In this document: one piece after another, positions 40,472 through 52,400 of the stretch | Layout: each line of letters starts with the position of its first letter | Numbering within the stretch: the stretch's first letter is position 1 | Assembly: GCF_020745735.1 (NCBI RefSeq) | Contig: NC_083416.1 | Location: forward strand, 61,839,131-61,903,130 | DNA: 64,000 nucleotides | Direction of reading: 5' to 3' | DNA from: Hemiscyllium ocellatum | Taxonomy: Eukaryota | Position numbers and translations under genes: made by a program | The notes under the pieces: model-generated | Told to the model about the DNA's origin: nothing | The model's input: only the letters and a program-made list of their open reading frames with translations | The model's database searches: none

Positions 40472-40833
40472 GTAACATCGAGTTTAGACTATTGGTAACC
40501 ACTCTGCAAAGGAAGTTTCTCTTACATGTGCAGGGAAATCTGTGCCTTGCTTTTCCGTGAGTGGGGAAAATACATTTCGAATTGCATTGTTTTCGATGTT
40601 CTAGTGTTAAACCCACTTGAATAGACATATCTTGCGATTCCTGTAGATTGAAAGTGACAATTTACAAACATTCCTCCTCAGATTGGTGGATTTTTTTTTT
40701 AATAACAATCATGTTATCACTGCGAGGTCTCAATTCCACTTAGAACTATTTTGGGCTTTAATCTCCATTTTAAAACCTGTCCAATATTGACACTTGTTGA
40801 GTTTCATTTGGCGATATATCTTCTCTTTTGCAG

Positions 40834-41696
40834 ATGTAATTGAGCAGGATGTCTTTTATGGTTTGGATCCTGTGACCTCTCGGGAGCAGTTGCTCCGATC
40901 AGTATTCCTGTACCCCGTCGATAAATTGGCGTGTTTTCCGACGGTGTGTAACTGCAGCCTGACTATCCAAGAGGAGGGGGCTCCCGCTCAGATGTGCTCC
41001 AGCTCTCCGCGTTCACACACCTTCCGCCTTCGATTTGAACGCCGCAAGAGGCGCCAGTGGCTGGAAGTGGAGCTCGCCTCCTTCCTGCAGCCGTTCATCG
41101 GCCCCAAGAGGGGGCAGCTCCACGCGGTGTTCACCTACCAGTGCTCCGAGGGAGGCTGCAGCGGGCTCAGGCAGAGTCTGTCCGCTCCTTCCCTGCTCCT
41201 GTTCCTCAACGACACCGCCGAAGAGTCTCGCCGGAGCTGGCTGCAGACAGATGCCCGGAGGAGCCCGTTCTCCGGGGGGCCCAGGAGGAAGCTGGCCGTG
41301 AGGTCCGTCCGACTTCGTAGAGGTCCCGGAGGCGATGCCCAGGCACACTCCGCTGCCTTTCCTCCCTTCCCGTATCCGGATCACGAGTGCCAGCTGCACG
41401 ATTTCCGACTGTCGTTCAGCCAGCTCCGGTGGGACCGCTGGATCATCGCCCCGCACAACTACAACCCTCGCTTCTGTAAGGGCAGCTGTCCCCGGGCACT
41501 CAGCCACCGCTACGGCTCCCCCGTGCACACCCTGATCCAGAACATCCTCTACGAAAAGGTGGACTCCTCAGTCCCTCGCCCTTCCTGTGTCCCCGCCAAA
41601 TATAATCCACTCAGCGTGTTAACCCTGGAAAACGATGGCTCCATAGTTTACAAAGAGTATGAAGATATGATCGCTACGACCTGTACCTGCCGCTAG
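40834..41696 (+). CDS. GDF9: Growth differentiation factor 9, coding exon 2 (rest of prodomain, RLRR site, mature TGF-beta domain)
   Basis: Acceptor ttctcttttgcag|AT completes the phase-1 codon GAT. Mature region CQLHDFRLSFSQLRWDRWIIAPHNYNPRFCKGSCPRA...PRPSCVPAKY...YEDMIATTCTCR has Ser in place of the dimerisation Cys (PSC), as in GDF9/BMP15. Spliced CDS 1203 nt = 400 aa; intron 40472-40833. Confidence 0.97.
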
Positions 41697-42590
41697 TAGG
41701 TGGTGTGCACCTGAAATTCGCGTGGTCCATTTGGAAATGGGAAATGTCATTGCTTCAAAAGCCAAGAAAATCGCCATGTGTATTATAGTCAACTTTTTAT
41801 TTCGATTTATATATTTTTGTTTTATTTATTTTTTCTGCTTAGTGTTCATTCTAGATCTAAATGCCCAGGATGGGCTGTGGCCTTCAGCTGTTAAGACCGC
41901 GTGTGACTGGATTTCAAATACAATATATCGCTCCAATTAGTTTGAAATTATTTTCGCTAAGTGTGCTGGGTTGTCAAAGAAGTTTGTTTTTAATGTTTAA
42001 AGTCGTATGAAGCGAGTGTTGATGTAGAGGCGATAAGTGTCCTAAGTGACGTTTTTCTTGGCCATGCAGGCATGGAAAGTTGGGTATATCACAATCACCA
42101 ATACTGCCTTCACTTGTCCCCTAAATCTGCCCTGAAAGTAACTTTTTATATTCAAACGTTTGGTGATGCAGCATTTTTTTATTTGGGTGGGTTACCAGTA
42201 TTTATTCAGAATAGATACGTTAAATAATTATATACCTTTCACAAACTGTGCATTGGTGTGTGCACCACAGCCAGTAATGAAAAGAGAAATATTTCCACTT
42301 GACTGAAATTCCAGTGACTTTTTAAGATGCTGAACTGGAGAAATTAATGTATGGCTGCTGATTGAAACTTAAGATGTAACTTTTTAAAGGCTTTTTAAAA
42401 ATACATTTGAGTGAGAATGAATCTTTTGCACAATTGAGACTTGTGACACAAGACCCTGGTGGTATCTGGTATAGTTAGTGTAAAATCTATGAACAATACT
42501 GATGCAAACTCTACTTGGAGAGTGAAGACAAATAAATAACAATTGCAAATTTGAATTGCATTTGAGTGCCTTTTTGTTTTACTTCTGGAA
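41697..42590 (+). terminator. Putative GDF9 3' UTR with CPE-like elements and poly(A) signal
   Basis: TTTTTAT/TTTTTAAT at ~41794, 41987, 42143, 42176. AATAAA at 42531-42536 followed by a T-rich tract at 42571-42580. Confidence 0.5.
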
Positions 42591-43202
42591 TTACCAATTT
42601 TTGTGGAAAGTTACTGATTGGAAATGGGATTCTAAAAGAGCAATGTGGTGACTTTCAAACTCTGCAGCCTAGCTAAGAATGTTGCTTGGTAGTGTTTTTC
42701 TTTAAAATACAATGTAGCTCTATTCTGTTGCTTGCTCTGTAAACAAAAGGCCAAATTATTTTCCCTTTAATCCCCATATGAAATAGACTTGTGTTCTGTC
42801 TAAAATGCTTGAGTTCAAACTGGAACTCCTTGTGTTCACTATATACATACTTGCCAAACTCTACCTCCCAGTAGAGATTAGAGTTGTTTTGAGACAAAAT
42901 GCTTCCAACTCTACCTCCCTGTTGTTCAACCACCTCTCATGCAATTGTGTTCTCTGTAACTGGGAGCCAGAACTACACATTGGCTAGTGTGGCCTAACTA
43001 ATATTGTATACAGCTCCAGCAATCTCCTCACTTTTATTATTCAAGGCACTGAATACAAAAGGCAAGTATCTTACGTTTAATCACGATCTACCAGAGGCCC
43101 TGCTGCTTTTTGAGGATCTATAAATATGCATACCAAGGTCCTTCTGAATGGTAAACGGAGGATTTAAAAGGTGTACTCCCTTGCCTTGCATGTACTCTTA
43201 CT

Positions 43203-43880
43203 CATAGAGGTGTACAGCATGGAAACAGACTCATTGATCCAACCTGTCTATGCTGACCAGTCCCACCTGCCAGCACCTTGGCCCATGTCCCTCCAAACCC
43301 TTCCTACTCATACCCATCCAGATGCTTTTAAATGTTGCAATTGTACCAGCCTCCACCACTTCCTCTGGCAGCTGATTCCATAAAAGTATCACACTTTGTG
43401 TGAAAACATTGCCCCTTAGGTTTATTTTATATCTTCCCCTCTAACCCTAAACCTATGCCCTCCGTTCTGGATGCCCTCACCCCAGGGAAAAGACTTTGTC
43501 TATTTATCCTATCCATGCCCCTCATGATTTTGTAAACCTCTATAAGGTCACCCCTCAACCTCAGGAAAACAGCCCCAGCCTGTTCAGCCTCTCCCTATAG
43601 CTCAAATCCTCCAACCCTGGCAACATCCTTGAAAGGGTTCAGAAAAGATTTACAAGTTTCACAACATCTTTCTGATAAAAAGGAGACCAGAATTTCACAC
43701 AATATTCCAACAGTAGCCTAACCAATGTCCTGTACAGCCACAACATGACCTCCCAACTCCTGTACTCTGTACTCTGACCAATAAAGGAAAGCATACCAAA
43801 TGCTGTGTTCACTATCCGATCTACCTGCAACTCCACTTTCAAGGAGCTATGAACCTGCACTCCAAGGTCTCTTTTTGTTA
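43203..43880 (-). mobile_element. CR1 LINE 3' fragment containing a micro-inversion
   Basis: RDLGVQVHSSLKV...LYRTLVRLLLEYCVKFWSP, collinear with 62020-62710. Confidence 0.88.
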
Positions 43881-46349
43881 GTCCTCCCAAAATGCATTTC
43901 CAGGATAAAATGTCATTTGCAAATATTCAGCCCATTGCTTAGCAGGTGAGGAATAAGAGGAGAATAGCAGGACTCAGAGCTTGTGCCATTTATATGTATT
44001 AAGTGTCTCCAATCTTCCAATAACACAACTAAAGATGAGTAATGCCAAGTTTCATGCTAATATGTATTTTCAAATATAAATACATAGAGGCAAGGCTGAC
44101 ACCAAATTGACATTAGATGTAGTATTTTTCAAGTAATGGCACGCATTTTCTAGTCACAAACTAGTGGTTGCTTGTAACTGCCAGTTTGCTGCCACCAATT
44201 GTTTAAAGTCAAACTGCTCAAACATGCTATGACACACCTCCATAGCAGGTGGGGCTTCAGATCAGACATTTTAGCCCAGAGGTAGGAATGTTAGTACAGT
44301 CACAAGACTCCTTTTATCCTTTTAACTAGTTGGGCTTTGTTGCTTTTTTTTGTTTGATATTAATTTAAAAGGGTATGGTAATAAAATAGAAGTTCGGGCT
44401 GTTTAAAGGTTTCAAATCTAATTTAAATTTAAAAATCAAGCAGCCTGGATTACACAAACCTACTTTAAAGTTGCATGTGACTGCCATACACCCTCTGAGC
44501 CCTGAAGAAGGGTTACACCTAAAATGTTGATTTCGCCACCTCTTGATGCTGCTTGCTTTGCTGTGTTCTTCCAGCCTTTTGCTTGTATACTATAACCTCT
44601 ACCACTGGTCTACAGTAGAAAACAAGGACTTCCATGTAGGTAGCTCTTCACCACAATTGGACTGCATAATGGAATATCAGGATGTGTCTGGACAGTGGAC
44701 AAGGATGAGGAAGAGAAGGATCTGTTGCAGCAGCAGCCTGTATAGGCAGCCACTTCATGTTGACTGGAAGGATATGGATGGAAATTCCTTGATAGCTCAA
44801 ATTTTGGGGTGCATATCACTATGGAAGATTTTAAGGTCAATGTAAAAATCTGTCCAATTGGGTCAGTTCAGACACAATCAATCTGCTACAAGCATTTGAA
44901 GCTATAGCAGCAGTCCTGTGCAGTCATAGTGAGTTTTTACACAGTAAAATATGTCAAGGCTCTTCAAGAATTTTGTTGTAACAAAATTTCACACTCCAAC
45001 CATGACCTATTAGGGCAGGTGTTTAAACTTGATAAATAGGTAGATTGTGAGGACCATTTTAGAGGAGAGGGAGAATTCCAGAGCTTAGTACATTGGCTTC
45101 TGTGCTTTCATTGCCTATGGTGATCTTACTTACAGTAATCAGACAAGAGGCTAGAATTGGAATAGCCCGAGGGTCATGGAGAGAAGTAGATCTGCAGAAG
45201 ACAACAGGAGTTTGGAGGATGTACATAGAAGAATGATAAAACCAATATGATCATTCTAAATTTTTGTCACTACTTCAACATAGGTGGTTGAAATAAGTTA
45301 ATGACAATTTAAGTGCAGCACTGTCCTGCATATGAGAAAATAACAAGGAATCTTGTCACATATTTGTTGAAGATCACTCTACACAAGCTGTTCTTTTTCA
45401 ATGTCCTGGAAAAATATTAATTCCAGTTACTAGAATCACTTGGTGATGCAACTGAAGGGTTAAAATCTCAATTTAGAAAACTGCCTCAATTAAAACTGGG
45501 CTGCAATTCTCATGGATATGAAAATCTGTCCTATCTGTTGACTAACTACCTGATGAGGGAGCAGCACTCTAAAATCTTGTACTTCCAAATAAATCTGTTG
45601 GATTATAACCTGGTGTTGTGATTTTTAGCTCAATTTGTTGTTTGAAGATTTTGGGATCTGGAGGCAATCTTTCAGATATCAGGGATTTGCTCCTTCTAGG
45701 GGCATAAATAGCACATGCAAACAGTTGAGAAAGATAGAGAAACAGAGTCAGCGCTTAGGACAGCCTGAAGTCTAAGCATATGGATGTCAGAAACAGATAG
45801 AGAAGCACATGGAGTTGACCAACTAGCATAGGAGGTGGAGCTCATGGAACGATCTTTCAATAAACTAACAGCACAATTAAAACCTGGTAATCTTCAAATA
45901 CCATGTATGTAGTAATTATGAAGAAGCCAAATTCTGAAGACAGTTCTTGATCTTGCTTTGTCCTTCACCAATTCTGTCATGAACTCAAATTCTTGGATGT
46001 GGACATTTTACTTTTTTTTTCTGTATCTTGAAGTGTTCTTAGACACAACTGTCTTAATTGAACATTTTTCCCCATCATCAAAACACCTTGTTTTTTTTTG
46101 CATCCAAAAGCCACCATTAAATCACCTGTGTTTCCAATAAATAATTTATGTGCAAAGCCTATAAAAAGAGCTCTTGTGTATAATGATAGTTTCCCTACCA
46201 CTGAGCTAAGAAGCCTAGGTTCCAGCCCCACCTACTTCACAATAGTGTCAATACAGCTCTGAAGAGGTTGATTAGGAAAATAGAAAAGCTGGTTAGGATA
46301 ACACAAACCATCAAAGATGAGGGAGATGGGCTATATCCAAATGGAGGTG

Positions 46350-47190
46350 GAAGGCCCTCAAAGTGGTTGCAGGAAGATAGACATTGTCGCACATCTCTTT
46401 CTGGAATGTACCTTTGTAAATGAAGTCTGGAGGATGATGCAGTGGTTTTTGTTGAGGTTTGTCCCGAGCTGCTCCATGATGCAGAACTTTGTGCGAGATG
46501 GACTGTTCCTGGGACACACACTGAGACAGACATCGACTGCACCTGGAGGACTATCAACTCTGTGAAAGATGCTCTTCAGTTTGCTCGAGCCTTGTTGGTC
46601 TTCCAGAACAAAGAGTTGACCCCAACAGAGTGTTGCAAACTGGCGCATTCCAAGGTCCAGGACTACGTACTGAAAGGCACACTAAAGGCAGCTGCAGCCA
46701 AGTCGCAGTGGGGAAAGACCACCATCTGAGGTCTTTCTGCTGAATGTAGATGGGGGGTCTGTTTAGTTATGGGACCCTCCCAATTTCTCAAATATATGTA
46801 AATACTAGTTTGTGTAAGAGAGGTCTTTTTTTTGAGATAGTCAAAGTTCAATGTTTTGTTTGTTTGCTTGGCATACTACTGTACAGAACCAAATTACTTT
46901 GCGTCAGTGTATATATAGTTAAAAATCACACAACACCTGGTTATGGTCCAAAAGGCTTATTTGAAAGTACAAGCTTTCGGTGCACTGCCCCTTTGTCAAG
47001 TAGCTAGTGGACCTGTTGAAGGAGCAGTGCTCTGAAAACTTGTACTTTCAAATACACCTGTTGGATTATAACCTAGTGTCCTGTGGTTTTTAACTTTGTC
47101 CACCTCAGCCCAACATAGGCACCTCCGCATAATGTATATATACACAAAGTATTTTTTTAATGAATATAGTTTTGAAATTTAAAAAAAGAG
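46350..47190 (+). mobile_element. Tx1-like LINE 3' end (ORF2 C-terminus plus 3' UTR)
   Basis: HLFLECTFVNEVW..., WRTINSVKDAL...LVFQ...CCKLAHSKVQDYVL; A-rich end near 47180. Confidence 0.7.
46918..47132. mobile_element. 215-bp fold-back mini-element with two opposed decayed hammerhead-like cores
   Basis: Starts GTTAAAAATCAC; left and right halves are imperfect reverse complements. TSD TGTATATATA at 46908-46917 and 47133-47142. Related copies at 47301-47440 and 45549-45630. Confidence 0.75.
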
Positions 47191-47459
47191 CTGGAAAGGG
47201 AGATAAAGCACACAGTCTTCTGTGGGTGCTGGTTGTGGTCATTAACCAGAAGACCATGCATGCCGTGAGCATTATTCCAGCACACATTCATCCCTGCAGT
47301 GTTAAAAATCACGCAACACCAGGTTATAGTCCAAATTAGAAGCACTAGCGTTCGAAGTGCTGCTCCTTCAACACAACCACCTGGTTTTGTATGATTTTTA
47401 ATTTTCAGTCCAACAGCATCACCTCCAGTGACATTTGTAACATTCCTGCAGTGACATTT

Positions 47460-47900
47460 GGAACATCCCGGAGGCACGTGGGCAGGCCGGCAGACGTCTG
47501 ACGCAGGGACGTAAGGGGGTAGGGCTTGCGGGAGGAGAGGCGCCGCCATTACTGTCGGAGCCAAGGTCGGAGAGGAGAAGGTGAGGGGGTCGGAATGAGA
47601 AAGCTAGAGTCAAGGAGGGAGGGTAAATGTAATTCATGATCAACCGTAGAGCCATGGAACGATAGGAGCGAGAGTTTAATGTCGCACGGAGGCGGTGGGT
47701 GAGGGCCGCGCACGGAGGTGGTGGGTGAGGGCCGCACACACACCCACACTCCCGAGGAGGCCTGTATCCTGACTGCGGGTTGTCCTGGAGGACCCCAGTG
47801 CCGCCGAGACTGCACACCGCCTGCAAACATTAGGTGTGTCCCCACAGCAAGTGCATCGTTCGCCAGCAATCCCCGTGTTGCTGCCAAGGGGGAGGGGGTG
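47460..47900 (+). promoter_or_regulatory. UQCRQ: CpG-island promoter and probable non-coding exon 1 of UQCRQ (donor at 47580|47581)
   Basis: Sharp CpG/GC-rich island. E-box CACGTG 47475-47480, CRE-like half-site TGACG 47499, YY1-like CGCCGCCATT 47541-47550, donor GAGAAG|gtgagg. The ATG-containing exon begins at an acceptor (55685), so an upstream exon is required. Confidence 0.7.
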
Positions 47901-49411
47901 GGGGGGTTTCAGGGCCCATCTTGCAATGTGATTCCATAGATCTCAGATTTCAGTCCGTGACTTCGATTTCCCTGGTTTGACTCCAGCTTCACCTTGGAGG
48001 GATGATTTGGAATTACCCACCGTGAAAGGGTTCAGGACAAGGCAGCGGTTTAGAGGCGATGTCGGAAAAGACATGCCAGCCAGGGAATCAGAAACCTCCA
48101 ACTGCCTTTTTGTGGGAAGTTGTTGAGTCTAGGTCCAGTGAAACTTTAACAACTGAGATTGATTGATTTTTGTGGGGCATGGATTGTAACGTTTGTGAAT
48201 TTGAGGCAGGGACAGATTAGCATCATGTTGTGTGACACCACCCAACTGCTAAATGTTGTAGATTCACAGTGAATCTATCAGCACAAAACTGGGCATCTGT
48301 GACCTGTATAGAATTATATTTCATCACAACCTGCAATCTCATAACCTTCATATTTCTCAGATTAATGATTTTAATCAGGCCAGGTGCTAACTCTGGTTCA
48401 GTGAAGTTTGTAGAAGAATATGGTACTTGCAGAAATAGGTATCTTTAGGAGTATAGTGTTAATGTTGTGAAGCCATAGTGCTAAACCACTAAACAGAAAA
48501 AAAATGTGCAGTTCCACAACCAATAGTTCAGGTTGGAACTCTGCAATCATGCCACATTCAGTTGTGAATGTTGATGGATAATTAAACAGGCAACCAGATG
48601 AAAGTGTTTAGTGACCATTTTATTCTCATTGATGGGCACCACCACCTCTCAAGGTGTTCAACATCCTCTAGAATAAAGCTACCTTATTGATTGGCAGCAA
48701 ATGACCTGCTTAAACATATATTGTAGGAGCATCTACAAAGTGTGCTGGAGAAATTTGTCAAAGCTTCCCAAATCCATAGCCTTTACTGCCCAAGAAGATG
48801 AACAATAGGCACTACCTGTAAGTTCCCTTTAAAATTGCATTCCCAATTTCAGTTTGAAAGTGATTGACATTCCTGTTTCATTATAGGGTCAATTTCTGGA
48901 ATTCTGGATTGTGCTTTGGAAATATTTTCGCCAAGATGGTGGCACTTTGTAACTGGCAGTTAGCAATGGGCAATAATTTCTCACCTTGCAAGTGATGGCT
49001 GCATACTGTGAATGTGAAGGATAATTGAATGGTGGAACGAACTTGGACTAAATTGTCTTTCGATCTACTGACTCTTTTTTTTTTGTAAATATTTTTATTG
49101 AAATTTAACATTTTTGCAAATTTACAAAAATAAACAAAACTCTCAAATACAAACATTGATGTACAATTAAATCATATATACAATAGTCATAATTTAACAA
49201 AGAAAAGAGAAAGAAAGAAAACAAAAAAAGAAACGAAAAAAGAAAGAAAAAAAAAACTCAACTTTCTACTAATCTAACCTATAACTAACCAGAGTGTATA
49301 CCTAAGTCTCTTACATGCTCGGAATGTATAAACATCAAATATAATAAAACCCGTATTCGCGCAGGATTCCTCTCCCAAGGGGCCCCGGAGCAGCCCGGTC
49401 TGAAATCTTCA

Positions 49412-52400
49412 CTAAATAAAAGCCCTTGTTAGGATAGCCGAAATATCTGCATTTATATAATTCAAAAAGGGCTGCCATATTTTATAAAATAATTCAGTCT
49501 TTCGGTGCACCATATTTGTGAGGAAGTCAAGGGGGATATATTCCATAATTAATCTGTGCCAATTTGAAAGTCCAGGGGGGCCCTCAGCCACCCAGTTCAC
49601 CAAAATATTTTTCCTTGCACAGAAAGAGAGAATAGAAATTAGTCTCTTCCCATGCATATCCAGAGATGAGAGGTTCGAAAAGCCCAAAAGGAGAGATACA
49701 GGGTCCACCCTAATTTCCGTTCCTAAAATTTCTGTCAGGGTATTTGCCACTTTAGTCCAGTATCTGCGGATTTTCTGACAAGTCCACAGACAATGTACAA
49801 GAGTACCCACCTCTATTTTGCATTTAGGACACATTGGAGATGCTCCTGCCTTAAATTTTGCCAGTCGAGCCGGAGCTATATGGGCCCTATGAAGTATCTT
49901 TAGTTGGGTAGCCTGAGTTCTGTTACAGATAGCAATTCTTCTAGCATTTTCCCAAATGTCATTCCACATATCCTCAGAGATTTCTAGCCCCAAGTCCTGC
50001 TCCCATGTTTTAAGCAGGTCATCCATGTCTCCTGAGACTCCATCATGTAGCAAATGGTATATAGTACTAACGGAGGATGCCCCCGCTGGTCGTAAGACAT
50101 TACGTTCTCTGTTTGATTTATAAAGACTATCTATTAATGTAGTCTTCCTCTGTATATAATCTCGAACTTGGAAGTATCGAAAGAGATCCCCATTAGGTAT
50201 TCCGAATTTCAGACGCAGCTGCTCAAAGGACATCAGGATCCCATCTTTAAATAGGTCCCCGAAGCATGAGATGCCCCTGGATCTCCAGAGTTTAAAGGTG
50301 GCATCTGTAATCCCCGGTTGGAATCCCCATGCGCCTACTATTGGTGCATGGGGGGATGTTTTATGTGAGTTACCCTCATTTTGCCGCATTATATTCCAGG
50401 CCTTAATTGTGTTTAATATTATGGGATTTTTACAGTGGTCTGTAATGATTTTCCTCTTATCTGAAAATAAAAGGTTAATAAGTGGGTATTTTACTTGGGA
50501 GGCTTCGATATCCAGCCAAATTGATTGTGGATCAGATGAAACCCAATCAGCTATGTAACTTAGTAGGGAGCTTAACTGATATTTCCTAAAGTCTGGGAAG
50601 TCCAGTCCTCCCCTTGCCTGTGGAAGCTGTAGCTTCTTCAGCTTAATAAGGGGCCGTCTATGGTTCCAAATAAAGGAGCCCAACCAACCATATAATTTAC
50701 GTAGGGCTAGCCTTGGCAGCATCAGCGGGAGCATTCTCATAGGATATAAGAGACGGGGCAGAACATTCATTTTAATTAATGCTATTCTCCCTAGCCAGGA
50801 AATCGGAAGGTCTCTCCATCGCTGGAGGTCCTGCCTTATCCTTTCCATTAATTGTACAAAATTAGCCCTATACAGCTGATCAAATACTGGCGTGATAAAA
50901 ATACCTAAATATAAGAAGCCCTCCAGGGACCAACGGAAGGGAAAAGGGGATCCCTCCATTAAGTGGGGTATCATAGCCAGACCACCCATTGGCATGGCTT
51001 CCGATTTTGAAAAATTAATTTTATAGCCTGAGAATGCACTAAATGTATTAATAACTTGAATTAGACGAGGCACTGACATTAAAGGATTACTGAGGAATAA
51101 GAGAACATCATCTGCATAGAGGGTAATTTTGTGTTTACCTGTACCAATCCTCGGGGCCGTTATATTAGGATCAGTCCGGATGGCTTCTGCTAATGGTTCA
51201 ATTATCAGTGTAAACAACAATGGTGAGAGAGGACATCCTTGACGGCAGCCCCTACCCACACTGAAGCCATCCGATCTTAACCCATTAGTAATAACAGCTG
51301 CTTTGGGGTCATTATACAATGTTGAAACCCATTTGGTAAACACCTGTCCAACGCCAAACCTTTCCAATGTGTAAAATAAATATGACCATTCAACCCTATC
51401 AAATGCCTTTTCCGCATCCAATGAAATTACTACTCCTGGTATCTTTCCCTGATGACAGGCTTGGATCATATTCAAGACCCTTCTGATATTATTGGATGAT
51501 CTGCGGCCCTTAATAAATCCCGTCTGGTCCTCCTTTATAATATATGGCAATACCCTTTCTAATCTTAGTGCTAACATTTTTGAGAGAATTTTAAAGTCTA
51601 CATTTAGTAAGGATATTGGTCTGTAAGATGCACAATCTTCTGGGTCTTTTCCTTTTTTGAGGATAAGAGAAATATTTGCTTCTTTCAGCGTGGGTGGGAG
51701 ACAGACCTGACTATGCGCAAAATTATACATATCCATAAGTGGGTCAACCAATATTCCTGTAAATTCTTTATAGAATTCAGCTTGAAAACCATCCGGGCCC
51801 GGTGCTTTTCCGCTCTGAAGTTGCCTAATTGCCTCAAGTATTTCTTGGACTGTTAAAGGGGTATTTAGGGCCGACACCTGTTCCGGAGTCAGGCCCGGGA
51901 AGGTCAAATTTTTAAAAAATGACTGCATCCTCCTAATCCTATCTTCACAATCCTGCGATCTATATAGTTCAGAATAAAATTCTTTAAAGGTCGCATTGAT
52001 CTTTTTATGATCATGAGTCAGGGTACCTGTACTTTCCTTGATGGTCGGAATAGTTTGAGGGGCTTTCTTTTTCTTTGCAAGAAATGCTAAGTATCTACCC
52101 GGTTTGTCGCCATATTCATATAATCTTTGTTTCGCAAATAATATTTCCCTTTTAGCTGTTTGAGTAAGCGTGGTGTTTAAAGCTGTCCTAAGAGCTGTAA
52201 TCCTCTGCAATTTTGTGATAGAAGGTCTATCAGCGTATGCTGTTTCGGCTGCTTTTAGGCGAGCTTCGAGCAGACGCTGTTGCTCTCCCTACATTTTCCT
52301 CTGGGTCGCTGAATAGGAGATGATCAAACCTCGTGCATAAGCTTTGATGGTCTCCCACATCATTGACGGATTGCTAGCCGTACCAGTATTAATTTCTAAA

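Noticed and set aside
40054-40560. 168-aa ORF as a complete protein
   Set aside because: It starts at a GTG upstream of the real ATG (40132) and runs past the splice donor at 40471 into the intron.
41013-41528. 171-aa antisense ORF and alternative-frame ORFs inside GDF9 exon 2
   Set aside because: Expected shadow ORFs of GC-rich coding sequence; no recognisable motifs.
47157-47939. Several 70-135 aa ORFs across the UQCRQ CpG island
   Set aside because: GC-rich promoter and repeat sequence; no domain features.
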